DNA of 64,000 nt from an uncultured Desulfosarcina sp. (lineage in GTDB: Bacteria > Desulfobacterota > Desulfobacteria > Desulfobacterales > Desulfosarcinaceae). Shown here piece by piece: positions 37,433 to 47,697 of the stretch. A program made the translations under genes and the position numbers. Location: the NCBI GenBank assembly GCA_963674945.2, contig CAXXWQ010000004.1, positions 2,784,001 through 2,848,000 of the forward strand, in the 5' to 3' direction. How positions within the stretch are numbered: position 1 is the first letter of the stretch; every line of letters starts with the position of its first letter. Under the pieces are notes generated by a model. That model was not told the DNA's origin. It ran no database searches and saw only the letters and a program-made list of their open reading frames with translations.

Positions 37433-38593
37433 GCCCGTTCGGGCTTGAATCAGCGATTCCAGACGCGACAATGCGGCCAGCTGATCCTGAAAGGTGAGCG
37501 GTGCCCCCGACCCCACAGCCCTTTTGAAGAAAAAGCCCAGGTCGGGTATGGGGCCCGCAACACCGGCCACCTGCAGGGCGGTCACCCAACGGGCCAGGTC
37601 CAGAACCATCGGGGCGGCGAGGATAGAATCCCGTCCCTGCAGGTTCAGCCGAAGACTCATGGGCATGCCGAAAAGGCCGGTAATGTCGATGGTGTCCCAC
37701 GCCTCCTTGGCGTCTCCCCTGGGCGGATAGTAGTCGATGTGGACCTTGTGGGTCGGGTGGCCATATCTCTCACCCACCGAATATTCCAGGATTTCATCCA
37801 ACAGCCGGGTCTTGTTGGTCAATTTCCCGCAGGCATTGTCCGGGTCCATGAGATTTCGGCCGTCCGCATTTCCCAGGATGTTCAGACTGTACCAGCCGTC
37901 CACATAAAGCCCCCTTGCCTTCAGGGCCGAGGCGAGGACAACCTTGAAATAGGTCTGGCCTGTCTTGCCGTCACGACCGGCGATGGGCACCCCGTTGGTT
38001 TCGGCCAGTGACAGTATGGCAGGCAGTTCAACGGTATTGGGTGTGAAGTTGACCACCGGTATACCTGTCTCCACGGCGGCGGCCACATAGGCCAGGTCCG
38101 GCAATACCGTTCGGGCGTTTTGGGCCCGTATCACCTCCATTTGGGAAAAATTCTCAGGGTCCATGACATCGCAGGCCGCCGGCAAGAGATTGGCAAGCAC
38201 CGGCCGGGCATCGGGAAAGCGCTCCCGGCAGTTGCGGATACCGGCCTGGATTTGGGTCATCTGATCGCCGATCGTACCCGTATCGGCCGGTGCATCGTAG
38301 ACGACCAGCTCGGCCAGTTCGGATTCATAGGGACGCCACGACGCTTCGGACAACACGCCATGGTGCGATAGGCTTTCAACCATTGTATTCGATGACGCGT
38401 CCCATCCGGCCATGACCACCGCGGGGCAGGGTCCCAGAAAGGAAAATTTATCGGCGGTCGTCAGCGCATCGACAATAAGCTGGGGGTTCGTCTGCATGGC
38501 GGCGACGGCGGCCGCGAGGGTTGTCCCGATGGCACCCTTTGCGCCGGCCACCAGCAACAATAATCGCGGAGAATGTTCTGACAGATTGCGCAT
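37424..38593 (-). CDS. ino1: Myo-inositol-1-phosphate synthase
   Basis: GAKGAIGTT, VNFTPN, GRDGKTGQT, NILGNADG, DSILAAPMVLDL and FFFK motifs. Confidence 0.88.
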   Translation of the reverse strand: MRNLSEHSPRLLLLVAGAKGAIGTTLAAAVAAMQTNPQLIVDALTTADKFSFLGPCPAVVMAGWDASSNTMVESLSHHGVLSEASWRPYESELAELVVYDAPADTGTIGDQMTQIQAGIRNCRERFPDARPVLANLLPAACDVMDPENFSQMEVIRAQNARTVLPDLAYVAAAVETGIPVVNFTPNTVELPAILSLAETNGVPIAGRDGKTGQTYFKVVLASALKARGLYVDGWYSLNILGNADGRNLMDPDNACGKLTNKTRLLDEILEYSVGERYGHPTHKVHIDYYPPRGDAKEAWDTIDITGLFGMPMSLRLNLQGRDSILAAPMVLDLARWVTALQVAGVAGPIPDLGFFFKRAVGSGAPLTFQDQLAALSRLESLIQARTGEA

Positions 38594-38702
38594 GGCGTAT
38601 TCGACTCAGTATGCGTGGGTTATTGGCAGTTACTCATCAGCCGGGGTACAATAAAAAGACGGTCTGTCAATGTCAAGTACGATGAAACCGTAAAACATGG
38701 CA

Positions 38703-39185
38703 TCAGGGAATGGTCGATTTGATCCGATAGGTCGAAAGCCGGTTTTGAAATTGGGTGATGTGGTTTCGCTCCTCGGCGATAATCCGATCCAACTGACCGG
38801 CGACCTCCTCGTCCATTACGAGGGCCTTGAGCACTTCGTAAAAGGCGATGGTGTCATCTTCGAACCCGATGAAAACGCGAATCATCTCTTCTGCGGTTTT
38901 GATGGTGGAAAAATCCACCTCCTGCAGGGAAAAGGCCTGGTCCTGAATCACATCCTCTACCAGTGCGCTGCTCAGTTGCTGCATCAGGTGATGATCTTCC
39001 CCTTTTCTCAACCGATCCTTTTGTCGGCTGAACCATTCGGCATGATTTTTTTCTTCCTGGGCCATCCAAGCCAAAAGCGCCTTCAACGCTTCATCGGGCG
39101 CATGGGCCATGGCTGCCCGATAGGTCTTTTCACCGTTTTCTTCCAGGCGAATGGCGATGTCGAAAATATCTTGGGCGGTGAACAT
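38703..39185 (-). CDS. Rubrerythrin/ferritin-like diiron protein
   Basis: AIRLEENG..Y, EEKNH, FEDDTIAFY and EERNH ExxH motifs. Confidence 0.88.
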   Translation of the reverse strand: MFTAQDIFDIAIRLEENGEKTYRAAMAHAPDEALKALLAWMAQEEKNHAEWFSRQKDRLRKGEDHHLMQQLSSALVEDVIQDQAFSLQEVDFSTIKTAEEMIRVFIGFEDDTIAFYEVLKALVMDEEVAGQLDRIIAEERNHITQFQNRLSTYRIKSTIP

Positions 39186-39241
39186 GATGGCCTTTTCACT
39201 TTCTTTGGACCCGTTTCCCGGTCGCGTTCCAATCCATTTCG

Positions 39242-40396
39242 CTAATCGGTAGCGGCCTTCTCCAGATCAATAATCTTTCTGTCCAGATAGGATTTGGTCT
39301 CATAACGGGTGACACGCATCAGTTTGTTCGTGATGTCGCCCATCTTGCTGATTTGCGAAAGGATCTTCTTGATCTTTTCGCTGCGGGAAGCATTTTCGGG
39401 GTATTCCATCAGGAGCAACTCCGCATAGCCGGTGATGGCCATGAGAGGTTGATTCAGATCGTGACACACCGCACCGGCGAGTTCCAGGGCGCCTTGCAAT
39501 CGTTCGTTTTTTCGATTGGCCGCCTCGGCCTCTTTTTGTTGGGTAATGTCGTCGAGGATGATCACACAGCCGCGAAACTTCTCACTGACATCCAACATCC
39601 GTTTGATTTTGATGGAAAGGTAGCGACAGCCCGATGCCGTTTCCACTTCACGCACCACCGTTTTTTCCTGAACGCCGCTTTCGACGAAGTTGTGAACTTC
39701 CGGAAGCAACCATGCAACCAAACGGTCCGGTCGGCTGTCGTGATAGTAGTCGGCGCCCGGGACGGTGTCACCCCCGAACAGGGTCACCCAGGCATGGTTC
39801 AGCGAATCGACGCGATTGTGCTCATCCAGCACGGCCACCGGCGATTGGAGGCTTTCGAAGATGGTCAGGTATTTGTTTTTTTCGTTGGTGATGGTGCGGT
39901 TGGCCTGCTGGAGCGCTTTCAAATGATCGGTTCCGTTGGGTGCTTGCCAGGTGGTGACGAGGCCGATTTCGATCCGATCGAAAAAGCGTTTGAGGGTGTG
40001 GCGACACCGCTTCCGGCAGTCTGGATCCGGTTGTCTCTGATCGATCAGATCCATAAAACTCTGCCGGCAGTATTTCAACAATCCCAAAAACATCCGCAGA
40101 TCCACGCCACGGTCCCGATGTCGCATGGCCTCGAGGATACCGAATTGCGTCAGTGTATCTTTGGTGTAATCTTCGTCCGGCTCCAGTTCCACATCCGACG
40201 GCAGGGATTTTAGCGCAACGATCATAGAGTTCGATAGGCCGGCGATGACCTGTCGCCAGGCTTCGCGCAAGGTGGGGGCATAACGGACGTACCCTTGGCG
40301 TTTGGCGTAATGGAGGATCCTGTCAATCAGCCAATCTTCGTTTTCGGCGATAAGGGCGCAAAGGGCTTCGGAATCGGCTTGGTGAAATAGGTCCAT
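39242..40396 (-). CDS. Cytoplasmic helical-sensor + PAS + HisKA protein lacking HATPase
   Basis: N-terminal RsbRD-N/globin-like helical region, PAS and H-box AGAVCHDLNQPL; ends in RYETKSYLDRKIIDLEKA, like 11543-12403. Confidence 0.78.
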   Translation of the reverse strand: MDLFHQADSEALCALIAENEDWLIDRILHYAKRQGYVRYAPTLREAWRQVIAGLSNSMIVALKSLPSDVELEPDEDYTKDTLTQFGILEAMRHRDRGVDLRMFLGLLKYCRQSFMDLIDQRQPDPDCRKRCRHTLKRFFDRIEIGLVTTWQAPNGTDHLKALQQANRTITNEKNKYLTIFESLQSPVAVLDEHNRVDSLNHAWVTLFGGDTVPGADYYHDSRPDRLVAWLLPEVHNFVESGVQEKTVVREVETASGCRYLSIKIKRMLDVSEKFRGCVIILDDITQQKEAEAANRKNERLQGALELAGAVCHDLNQPLMAITGYAELLLMEYPENASRSEKIKKILSQISKMGDITNKLMRVTRYETKSYLDRKIIDLEKAATD

Positions 40397-40664
40397 CTCG
40401 TCGATCTTTCTAGGACGATTCGGCCATGGTGATACGGAGGTTCATGTCGTGCTCTCGATATATTTGAATCGTAGTGCAAATCCAGGACAAAGTAAAGCAA
40501 GCTTACCTTTCATCAGTCGTCCGTTTCGCTTTTTTCTGAAGCTCCAAAATGAATTTTTTGACCGACAAGAGCGCAGCACAACGAAAAACCCTCTTGCCGG
40601 TTGTCCATTACACGGATATGAAAATGATAGTAAGCACCATACCCTTCTGAAAGTCAAAGGAGCC

Positions 40665-42011
40665 ATGAGACCTACATCCGATGCAGTACGCCGTAAACTG
40701 AGAGCAAGCGCGACGGCGATTTTCCAGGCCGGCATCCAGGCGGTGGATCCCGAAACCTGCGTGAATCGCTGGCTGCGGGTCACCGGCGACCGAATCGTCA
40801 TTGGTGACCATGACTACCCGCAAGAAAAGATCCGCAGGCTCTATCTCGTCGGTGCCGGCAAGGCATCGGCAGCCATGGCAAGGGCTGCCGAAAAACGGCT
40901 GGGGCCTCGCATCGACGACGGGGTGGTGATCACCAAATACGGACACGGCATGCCCCTTGCGTATTGCCGTCTCTTTGAAGCGGGTCATCCGATTCCCGAC
41001 GAACAGGGTCTTTTGGCCACCCAGTCGCTGTTGGATCTGGTCGCCGGTGCCGGTCCTGGCGATCTGATCCTGTGTATGATCTCCGGTGGGGGGTCCGCCC
41101 TCTCTCCTGCACCGCCCCCGGGGATCACCCTGGCCCACAAGCAGGAAACCACCCGGTTGCTGCTGGCATGCGGGGCCACCATCCACGAGATCAACGTCAT
41201 TCGCAAACACCTGTCGCGAATAAAAGGGGGACGGCTCTGCAAAAGTGCCAACGGCGCCCGTATCGTTTCCTTGATCCTCTCCGACGTCATCGGAGACGAC
41301 CTGGATATCATCGCCTCGGGTATGACGGCACCGGACGAGAGCACTTTCGACCAGTGCATGGCCATCTTGGCCCGGTATGATCTTTTGGATCGTATTCCCG
41401 GCCCCGTGCGCCGACACCTGCACCAGGGGTGCGAAAAGTCGATACCGGAGACCCCAAAGCCTGGAAATGAACTTTTCACACGCGTTCGCAACCACATCGT
41501 CGGCAGTATTTCCGATGCCCTGTCGGCCGCCGAGGAAAAGGCCCGAAGAGAAGGATTCTCTCCCTTGGTGCTGACGTCGACGATGCAAGGGGAAGCCAGG
41601 GAAGTGGCCAAGGTATTGTGCAGCATCGCCCGGGAGGTTCGGCGGTCCGGAAGGCCCCTGGCGCCACCGGCCTGCCTGCTGTCCGGTGGGGAGACCACGG
41701 TGACCCTCACCGGAAACGGATTGGGGGGGCGAAACATGGAACTCGCCCTTTCCGCCGGTATTCAATTGGCGGGAGAATCGAATCTATTATTGCTTTCCGG
41801 TGGAACGGACGGCACGGACGGCCCAACGGACGCTGCCGGGGCATTCGCAGATGGATCGATGGTAAAGCGGGCGACTGCCCTCGGCATTTCTTCATCGGAC
41901 CATCTGGCCAACAACGACGCCTACAACTTCTTCAAGCCATTGGAGGATCTTTTCATCACCGGACCGACGCGAACCAATGTGATGGACGTTCAGATCTTTC
42001 TCATTCGCTGA
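40665..42011 (+). CDS. Glycerate 2-kinase / hydroxypyruvate reductase (MOFRL family)
   Basis: GAGKA, GHPIPD, ISGGGSAL, KGG, SDVIGDD, GGETTV, GGRN, TDGTDG and TRTNVMD; AAGGAG RBS before ATG 40665. Confidence 0.93.
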   Translation: MRPTSDAVRRKLRASATAIFQAGIQAVDPETCVNRWLRVTGDRIVIGDHDYPQEKIRRLYLVGAGKASAAMARAAEKRLGPRIDDGVVITKYGHGMPLAYCRLFEAGHPIPDEQGLLATQSLLDLVAGAGPGDLILCMISGGGSALSPAPPPGITLAHKQETTRLLLACGATIHEINVIRKHLSRIKGGRLCKSANGARIVSLILSDVIGDDLDIIASGMTAPDESTFDQCMAILARYDLLDRIPGPVRRHLHQGCEKSIPETPKPGNELFTRVRNHIVGSISDALSAAEEKARREGFSPLVLTSTMQGEAREVAKVLCSIAREVRRSGRPLAPPACLLSGGETTVTLTGNGLGGRNMELALSAGIQLAGESNLLLLSGGTDGTDGPTDAAGAFADGSMVKRATALGISSSDHLANNDAYNFFKPLEDLFITGPTRTNVMDVQIFLIR

Positions 42012-42221
42012 TGTCCGACATTTTAGGGGCTCATTCGCAAGGCATCACCCTATTATTCTTTTCGATACAGAATGTATCTGCAATCGGGTGAAAGTTGAGA
42101 TACAGGGTATTGATATCTGTTCCGAGACCTCAAAAGTTTTAGATCAACGGATTGAATGTATCTGTAATCGAGCCAAGGCTTGGTTGCATCAAAATTCTAC
42201 TCTGTTTTTTTTAAGTGGGTT

Positions 42222-43493
42222 CTAATCACTCAAAAGCAGCAGCGGTATGTGTGGCATAGGCATCCCAAACGGTGGTGTCTGACAATCCCCCCATCCCAGT
42301 TGAATAGCATTAAGGAAATCTCGAAGGTCAGGATCTGTTGCATACAGATGGTTGTTGCAAATGTCTAGTTCCTCCAGCCTTGTAAGGTTTGTCAGCGTCG
42401 AGGGAATTTTTCCTCTTAGCTCATTGTCGCTTAAATCAAGCACCAACAAACGCGTTAGATACCCCAATTCAAGAGGGATGTGACCGGTCAATTGGTTTCC
42501 ATTCAGCCTTAACCACGTGAGGTAACCACAATTACCCAACTCAGAGAGAATAGATCCTGTGAAATCATTGTGATCAAGATAAAGACGTACAAGGTTAAGG
42601 TTATATAATTCTATAGGTATCGTTCCTGAAAGTTGGTTGTTATCGAGTTCCAGATGTGTAAGATTACCAAGATTACCAATTTCCTGAGGGATCGCACCAG
42701 TTAATTGATTTTTATCAAGACATAGCCACCGAAGATTATCAAGACCCCACAGTTCTATGGGGATAGTACCGACCAAATGGTTGTTACTAAGGTTCAAGCT
42801 TTGAAGATTAGATAAGTTGCTAATTTCCGGGGGGATAACACCGCTTAGCTGGTTATTTAAGAGACTTAGTGCTCTAAGATTGTTAAGGTGGGTCAACTCT
42901 GGAGGAATAGAACCGAGTAACTGGTTACCACCAAGCTGCAATGATATTAAGTTATCAAGGTCACCTAATGTTGAAGGGATAGAACCAGTTAACTGATTCG
43001 CTTGAAGATCCATCTCAGCAAGGTTAATAAGGCCACCTAATTTTGCAGGAATGGGACCAGTTAATTGATTGTTCGAGAGAAATAGTTTTGTAAGCTTAAC
43101 AAGGCTTCCCAATTCTGTGGGAATAGAACTGTTTAGCTGATTGTTTCTTAGAAATAGATAAGAAAGATTGGAAAGGTTCCCTAATTCTGGCGGAATAGTA
43201 CCGATTAGATTGTTTGAGCTGATCATTATTTGAGTAATACTTTCATTATTGGTGCATGTCACCCCATACCATTGATTCTCAGTTCCCGGCATAGCAAAAC
43301 CGTCGGTGTGCAAGGGTACAGTTTTCCACCCGCTGTTGTCAGTCCAATTGTCTCCATCCGTGCTGTTGTATAACGCTATTAGGGCTGCTCTTTCCGTGGC
43401 TGAGATGTCGGCGTGAGAGGTGTTTATGAGAAATGGATAAGTAACAAAGATAACGGCAGCTACTACTACAATTTTCTTTATAGTCCGGCTCAT
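42222..43493 (-). CDS. Exported plant-RLK-type leucine-rich-repeat protein
   Basis: Signal peptide; cap ERAALIALYNSTDGDNW...WYGVTC; about 12 24-aa LxxLxLxxNQLTGxIPxELG repeats; tail MPMPHIPLLLLSD; AGGAG RBS before ATG 43493; markedly AT-rich. Confidence 0.92.
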   Translation of the reverse strand: MSRTIKKIVVVAAVIFVTYPFLINTSHADISATERAALIALYNSTDGDNWTDNSGWKTVPLHTDGFAMPGTENQWYGVTCTNNESITQIMISSNNLIGTIPPELGNLSNLSYLFLRNNQLNSSIPTELGSLVKLTKLFLSNNQLTGPIPAKLGGLINLAEMDLQANQLTGSIPSTLGDLDNLISLQLGGNQLLGSIPPELTHLNNLRALSLLNNQLSGVIPPEISNLSNLQSLNLSNNHLVGTIPIELWGLDNLRWLCLDKNQLTGAIPQEIGNLGNLTHLELDNNQLSGTIPIELYNLNLVRLYLDHNDFTGSILSELGNCGYLTWLRLNGNQLTGHIPLELGYLTRLLVLDLSDNELRGKIPSTLTNLTRLEELDICNNHLYATDPDLRDFLNAIQLGWGDCQTPPFGMPMPHIPLLLLSD

Positions 43494-44155
43494 ATTTGCG
43501 CTCCTAACGTTCAGTCGATCCTCATCGTAGTCGAGTTGCAAGCAAAAATAGTGCAAGGAGGAAGGTTTTGGCTTTTTGAATCAAAAACGCATTAGAACAG
43601 CGGGTTAGATATGCGTGACTATTGTCAGATGACAGATATTGGCATGGAATTATTTACATAATATGGGGTTTTTTACATAGCCCAGTGGCGTTGCAAAAAT
43701 TCTGCTACAGGTAAAAATGAAGGGATCGGCGGTGGTCTCCAAAAACATCACAATGTGATAAGAGTTAATAAGTAAGGCCAACATGCAATTCAACTTTTGG
43801 AACAGTTCATGACTTGGAAGGCCATCTGTACAGATATATTAAGCCGCAGTGTGGATAAAGAAAATTGTTTGCCATACGTAAGGTAACCCAACGTCTCAGC
43901 TACTGTTAAAAACTTGTATTTTCAACTGTCTATAAAAGTGTTCGTTGTGATAGACAGACCATATCTGGTGTGGAATGAAGGACTGCTTTATCGTTTTATG
44001 GTTTTTAGGAGCCCGCAAGATTTTTTTGATTACGGCTATACGATTTCGTCGATGATGCGACCTTCTTGATGGAATGGATCCTCTGATCGTGATGATGTGG
44101 CGTTAGAATCGGTTTTGTTTTTTGCCTGCCGCTGTTCCAGTTCAGCCTTTCAACA

Positions 44156-44719
44156 TCATGTTGCCATCGCCCTCTGGGCACCGGTTTCCAGCGCCATGAG
44201 AGAAGCTTGCAGCAACTTCGGCTTGTCTTTCAGCCGCCGGGTCAACACCGCTTCTATGTTCTTCGTGTCGCAGTGAAACACTCCCGGTTTCCCCTCCCCA
44301 TGCGGAAAACAGGCCAGGGCATAGCCCAGCAAAAAGAGATTCACGGAACGGGGCGCGCCCGTTTCCCGGGCCAGCCGGTCTACATCGAAAAACAGACGGC
44401 GACCCGCCGATTCCGTTTCGCTTCCGTTTATCACCGCCCACCCTCCGGGCTTGAGAAAACCGCCGTGCTGATCGAGGCTTTCCGCTTTCAGGGCGATCAG
44501 TCCGTCCGCCTGACCCGGACGGATCAAAGGACTGGTAAAACGGCCGACTTTGAGATGGGAGATCACCGTACCCCCCCGCTGCGCCATCCCATGGGTTTCC
44601 GATGTGAAGACCGGCATGCCTTTGTCGATGGCTGCCTCGGCCAGGAGCCGGGTGACGAACAAGACGCCCTGGCCTCCGACGCCGCCGATGACCAGTTGAA
44701 ATGAAAATTCTTTATCCAT
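44156..44719 (-). CDS. iorB: Indolepyruvate:ferredoxin oxidoreductase beta subunit
   Basis: GVGGQG and SETHGMAQRGG motifs; overlaps the iorA stop. Confidence 0.9.
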   Translation of the reverse strand: MDKEFSFQLVIGGVGGQGVLFVTRLLAEAAIDKGMPVFTSETHGMAQRGGTVISHLKVGRFTSPLIRPGQADGLIALKAESLDQHGGFLKPGGWAVINGSETESAGRRLFFDVDRLARETGAPRSVNLFLLGYALACFPHGEGKPGVFHCDTKNIEAVLTRRLKDKPKLLQASLMALETGAQRAMAT

Positions 44720-46544
44720 TGTTATCTCTTTTCACAATTGCCCCCTTTGGGCAGACCGCAAGACACACACCGCAGCCGATGCATACCATGGGATCCACCA
44801 TGGTACGCTGACCATCGTCTGTGGGAACCAGGCCCGGGCACTCGAAATGCTCCAGACAGTATTTACAGCCATCGCAGCCGTCATCCACCATGACTTCCAT
44901 AAAATCTGCGGTCCCGCCCTTTCGGGACAGGTCGATGATACACGGATGGCGGGCGATGACAACCGCCGGGCCCCGGTCGCGGGCAAAGGCCACGGCCGAT
45001 TTGAGCGTCCGAATGAAAATTTCCAGGTCGTAGGGATCACCCACTTCGAGGAATTGGACGCCACATCCTTCGATGAGCTTCTCCATGTCTACTTTTACCA
45101 ATGGCTCCCCGGCGACCCCTCTGCCCGTGGCCGGCGTCGGCTGGCTGCCGGTCATGGCCGTGGTTCGGTTGTCCAGAACCACGAGAACGAAACGGACATT
45201 TTGGTTCACCGCGTCGATGAGGGCGGGGACGCCTGCGTGGAAAAAAGTGGAGTCTCCCATGGTGGCCACGATGTCGGGCCGTTTGGCCTCGTTTTTGTGG
45301 GCGTGGTAAAATCCGGCGGCCTGACTGATGGCGGCGCCCATGCATAGGACCGTGTCCACCGCCTTCAGGTTCAACCCCAAGGTGTAACAGCCAATATCAC
45401 TGGTATAGATCCCCCGCGGTGCCGCTTTTTTAATGGCGAAAAAACTGGCCCGGTGGGGGCAGCCGGCGCACAGGGTCGGCCGGCGCCCCGTAACCTCGGC
45501 CACCGTCGGAATGTCGACCCGCATACCGGAAAAATCGGCCACCAGCTGGGCGACCTTCTCGGGAAGCAGCTCTCCCACCCGGGGTACAACACCGTTCAAT
45601 TTTCCCTTTATGTGTCGGTGATCGGCCAGCTGCATCTCGATGATGCCGGTGGTCTCCTCCAGGATCAGCACCTCTTCATGATCGGCAAGCAGACGCTTTG
45701 CGAAAGCCGCATGCAGGGGAAAGGGTTGCAGGACCTGGTAAAAAGGAAGCGTTTCCCATAGCCCCAGATCCTTCAGGGCCTCGGCGGTGTAGGCGGCGGC
45801 CACCCCGCTGGCCACGACGGCCCGACGGCCGGAAGCCTTAGGATTGTGCCGTACCGGCGCGGTGCCCGGATAGGCTGCCATGACCGACAGCTTCTCTTCC
45901 AGTTCCAAGTGAAGCCGGTATCGGAACTTTGGCGTCGCGGCCCACCGCGAAGGATCCTTGGCAAAATTTGGGGTGGTGACATGGGGCATTACCGTTCCCG
46001 GCGCAATATCCTGCCGGCTGTGGCACACCCTCGTCGTCGGCCGGATCATCACCGGCGTCCTGACTTTCTCGGACAGAAGGTATGCCAGATCCACCATTTC
46101 CCCTGCCTGCCGGGGAGAGTCAGGATCGAGCACGGGAATCTTGGCCATCATGGCCATCATACGGCTGTCCTGTTCCGTCTGGGAGGAGTGTGGTCCGGGA
46201 TCGTCGGCGCTGATGATCACGAACCCGCCGAACACGCCCATGTAGGCGGCACTCATCAACGGATCAGATGCTACGTTGAGGCCCACCTGCTTCATGGCGA
46301 CGGCCGTTCGGAGGCCGGCCTGACAACCGGCGTAGGCGATTTCCAATGCCACCTTTTCATTGATGGCCCATTGGGTGTGCATCTGAATTTTGTATCGTTT
46401 TCGGTAGCCGGTGACGGCCGCCAGGATCTCCGAGGAGGGGGTTCCCGGATAGGCCGTGGCGATGCGGCAACCATTTTCCAGCAATCCATGGGCAATGGCT
46501 TCGTTGCCCATCATCAATTCCTTTTTTCCATCCTGATGTTTCAT
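44712..46544 (-). CDS. iorA: Indolepyruvate:ferredoxin oxidoreductase alpha subunit
   Basis: GNEAIA, YPGTPSSE, NEKVALE, MKQVGLNVA, DDPGPHSSQ, LCAGCPH, DIGCY, GDSTFFH and TAMTG; C-terminal 2x[4Fe-4S]. Confidence 0.94.
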   Translation of the reverse strand: MKHQDGKKELMMGNEAIAHGLLENGCRIATAYPGTPSSEILAAVTGYRKRYKIQMHTQWAINEKVALEIAYAGCQAGLRTAVAMKQVGLNVASDPLMSAAYMGVFGGFVIISADDPGPHSSQTEQDSRMMAMMAKIPVLDPDSPRQAGEMVDLAYLLSEKVRTPVMIRPTTRVCHSRQDIAPGTVMPHVTTPNFAKDPSRWAATPKFRYRLHLELEEKLSVMAAYPGTAPVRHNPKASGRRAVVASGVAAAYTAEALKDLGLWETLPFYQVLQPFPLHAAFAKRLLADHEEVLILEETTGIIEMQLADHRHIKGKLNGVVPRVGELLPEKVAQLVADFSGMRVDIPTVAEVTGRRPTLCAGCPHRASFFAIKKAAPRGIYTSDIGCYTLGLNLKAVDTVLCMGAAISQAAGFYHAHKNEAKRPDIVATMGDSTFFHAGVPALIDAVNQNVRFVLVVLDNRTTAMTGSQPTPATGRGVAGEPLVKVDMEKLIEGCGVQFLEVGDPYDLEIFIRTLKSAVAFARDRGPAVVIARHPCIIDLSRKGGTADFMEVMVDDGCDGCKYCLEHFECPGLVPTDDGQRTMVDPMVCIGCGVCLAVCPKGAIVKRDNNG

Positions 46545-47033
46545 CGGGTCCTCGGCTGGTAACAACGGCTTGTGTCCATGGAAAGATGAAGCACATTCAT
46601 GGTTCTTTCAATCTTGACGCTTGGAACTCGGCAAGTGGTTTTCGTTCTACCGGCTGTAGAAAAGCCACTTGCCGTCGCACTGCGCCAAAACATGTCTGTG
46701 CTGTATCGTTCGGGTTGGTTCCGGATGAAAAGCACCGGATTTGATTACAACAAATTAAAGAAAAAGTCGAGGCGCAGTCTACCAATGACCAGACGATCAC
46801 ATTTGGACCTCTTCGTTTATTGAAATATTTCCAAATTCCACTATTTGTGAAATTGGAAGGATGAAAATCATTTTTCCTTTCATTCCTAAAGTTACTCTCA
46901 TTTCCACCGATTTTTAAGACACGTGGCTATCATTGTTCCTCGCTCACTGCGCCAAGTTCTTTGCCGTCAACCGCACAGCACCCTGCAAAAAATGGATACC
47001 ACATCACATTTCATCTGGATTGGAGGGATACTC

Positions 47034-47597
47034 ATGTACAAAACAGGCATCTTCGTTTTTATTTTCACGTTGCTCTTTGGTCTGACCTGCGGTTGGGCCA
47101 CCGAAGAAGAGGCGCCCCAGGCCGTGAAAGAATTGGCCCATGGCTCACTGGCCCAATTGGGTTCAGACCCTGTGATCGTTGCGGCAGTCAAAGCCGAAAA
47201 CGAAAAGCAAAAGACCATGGACCAGATCAAGTCCATGGACGAAAAATGGCTATCCACAGCAGGTATCGCCGATTTCATGAAGGCCCTGATGGACTCGCCG
47301 TGCGGGCAACACCTGAGAAAAATTCAGAATTCAAATGCCTACTATGCGGAAATTTTCGTAATGGACAACCAGGGTGCCAATGTGGCCATGACGGATAAGA
47401 CATCGGACTACTGGCAAGGTGATGAAGCCAAATTCAAAAAGGCTTTCAACGGTGGCAAGAGCGCCGTTTTCGTGGATGCGGTGGAATTCGACGACAGTGC
47501 CCAGGCCTATCTTTGCCAGGTATCGGTGCCTGTACTGGACAATGGCAAGGCCATCGGGGCCATCACCTTCGGCATCGACGTGGACAAGGTTCAATAG
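47034..47597 (+). CDS. Stand-alone periplasmic Cache/PDC sensor-domain protein
   Basis: Signal peptide; [24 protein letters not shown] and QVSVPV...IGAITFGI; no second TM or output domain. Confidence 0.78.
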   Translation: MYKTGIFVFIFTLLFGLTCGWATEEEAPQAVKELAHGSLAQLGSDPVIVAAVKAENEKQKTMDQIKSMDEKWLSTAGIADFMKALMDSPCGQHLRKIQNSNAYYAEIFVMDNQGANVAMTDKTSDYWQGDEAKFKKAFNGGKSAVFVDAVEFDDSAQAYLCQVSVPVLDNGKAIGAITFGIDVDKVQ

Positions 47598-47697
47598 TCG
47601 CGGCCAGATACATGCGTGCCCGTTCTCATCCGGCAGCCGTGTACACATAAAGGCGGGCTCCTTTTCGAGGTTGATTATTAGAAGAGAAATAGAAATT

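Noticed and set aside
42360..43230. 72-bp periodicity suggesting a CRISPR or tandem DNA array
   Set aside because: It is explained by 24-aa LRR coding repeats in an open frame; there is no identical-repeat/unique-spacer structure and no cas gene.
43500..44140. Possible ncRNA, riboswitch or IS remnant in the long AT-rich intergenic region
   Set aside because: I found no recognisable motif, terminal repeat or transposase fragment by eye; an Rfam/ISfinder search would be needed.
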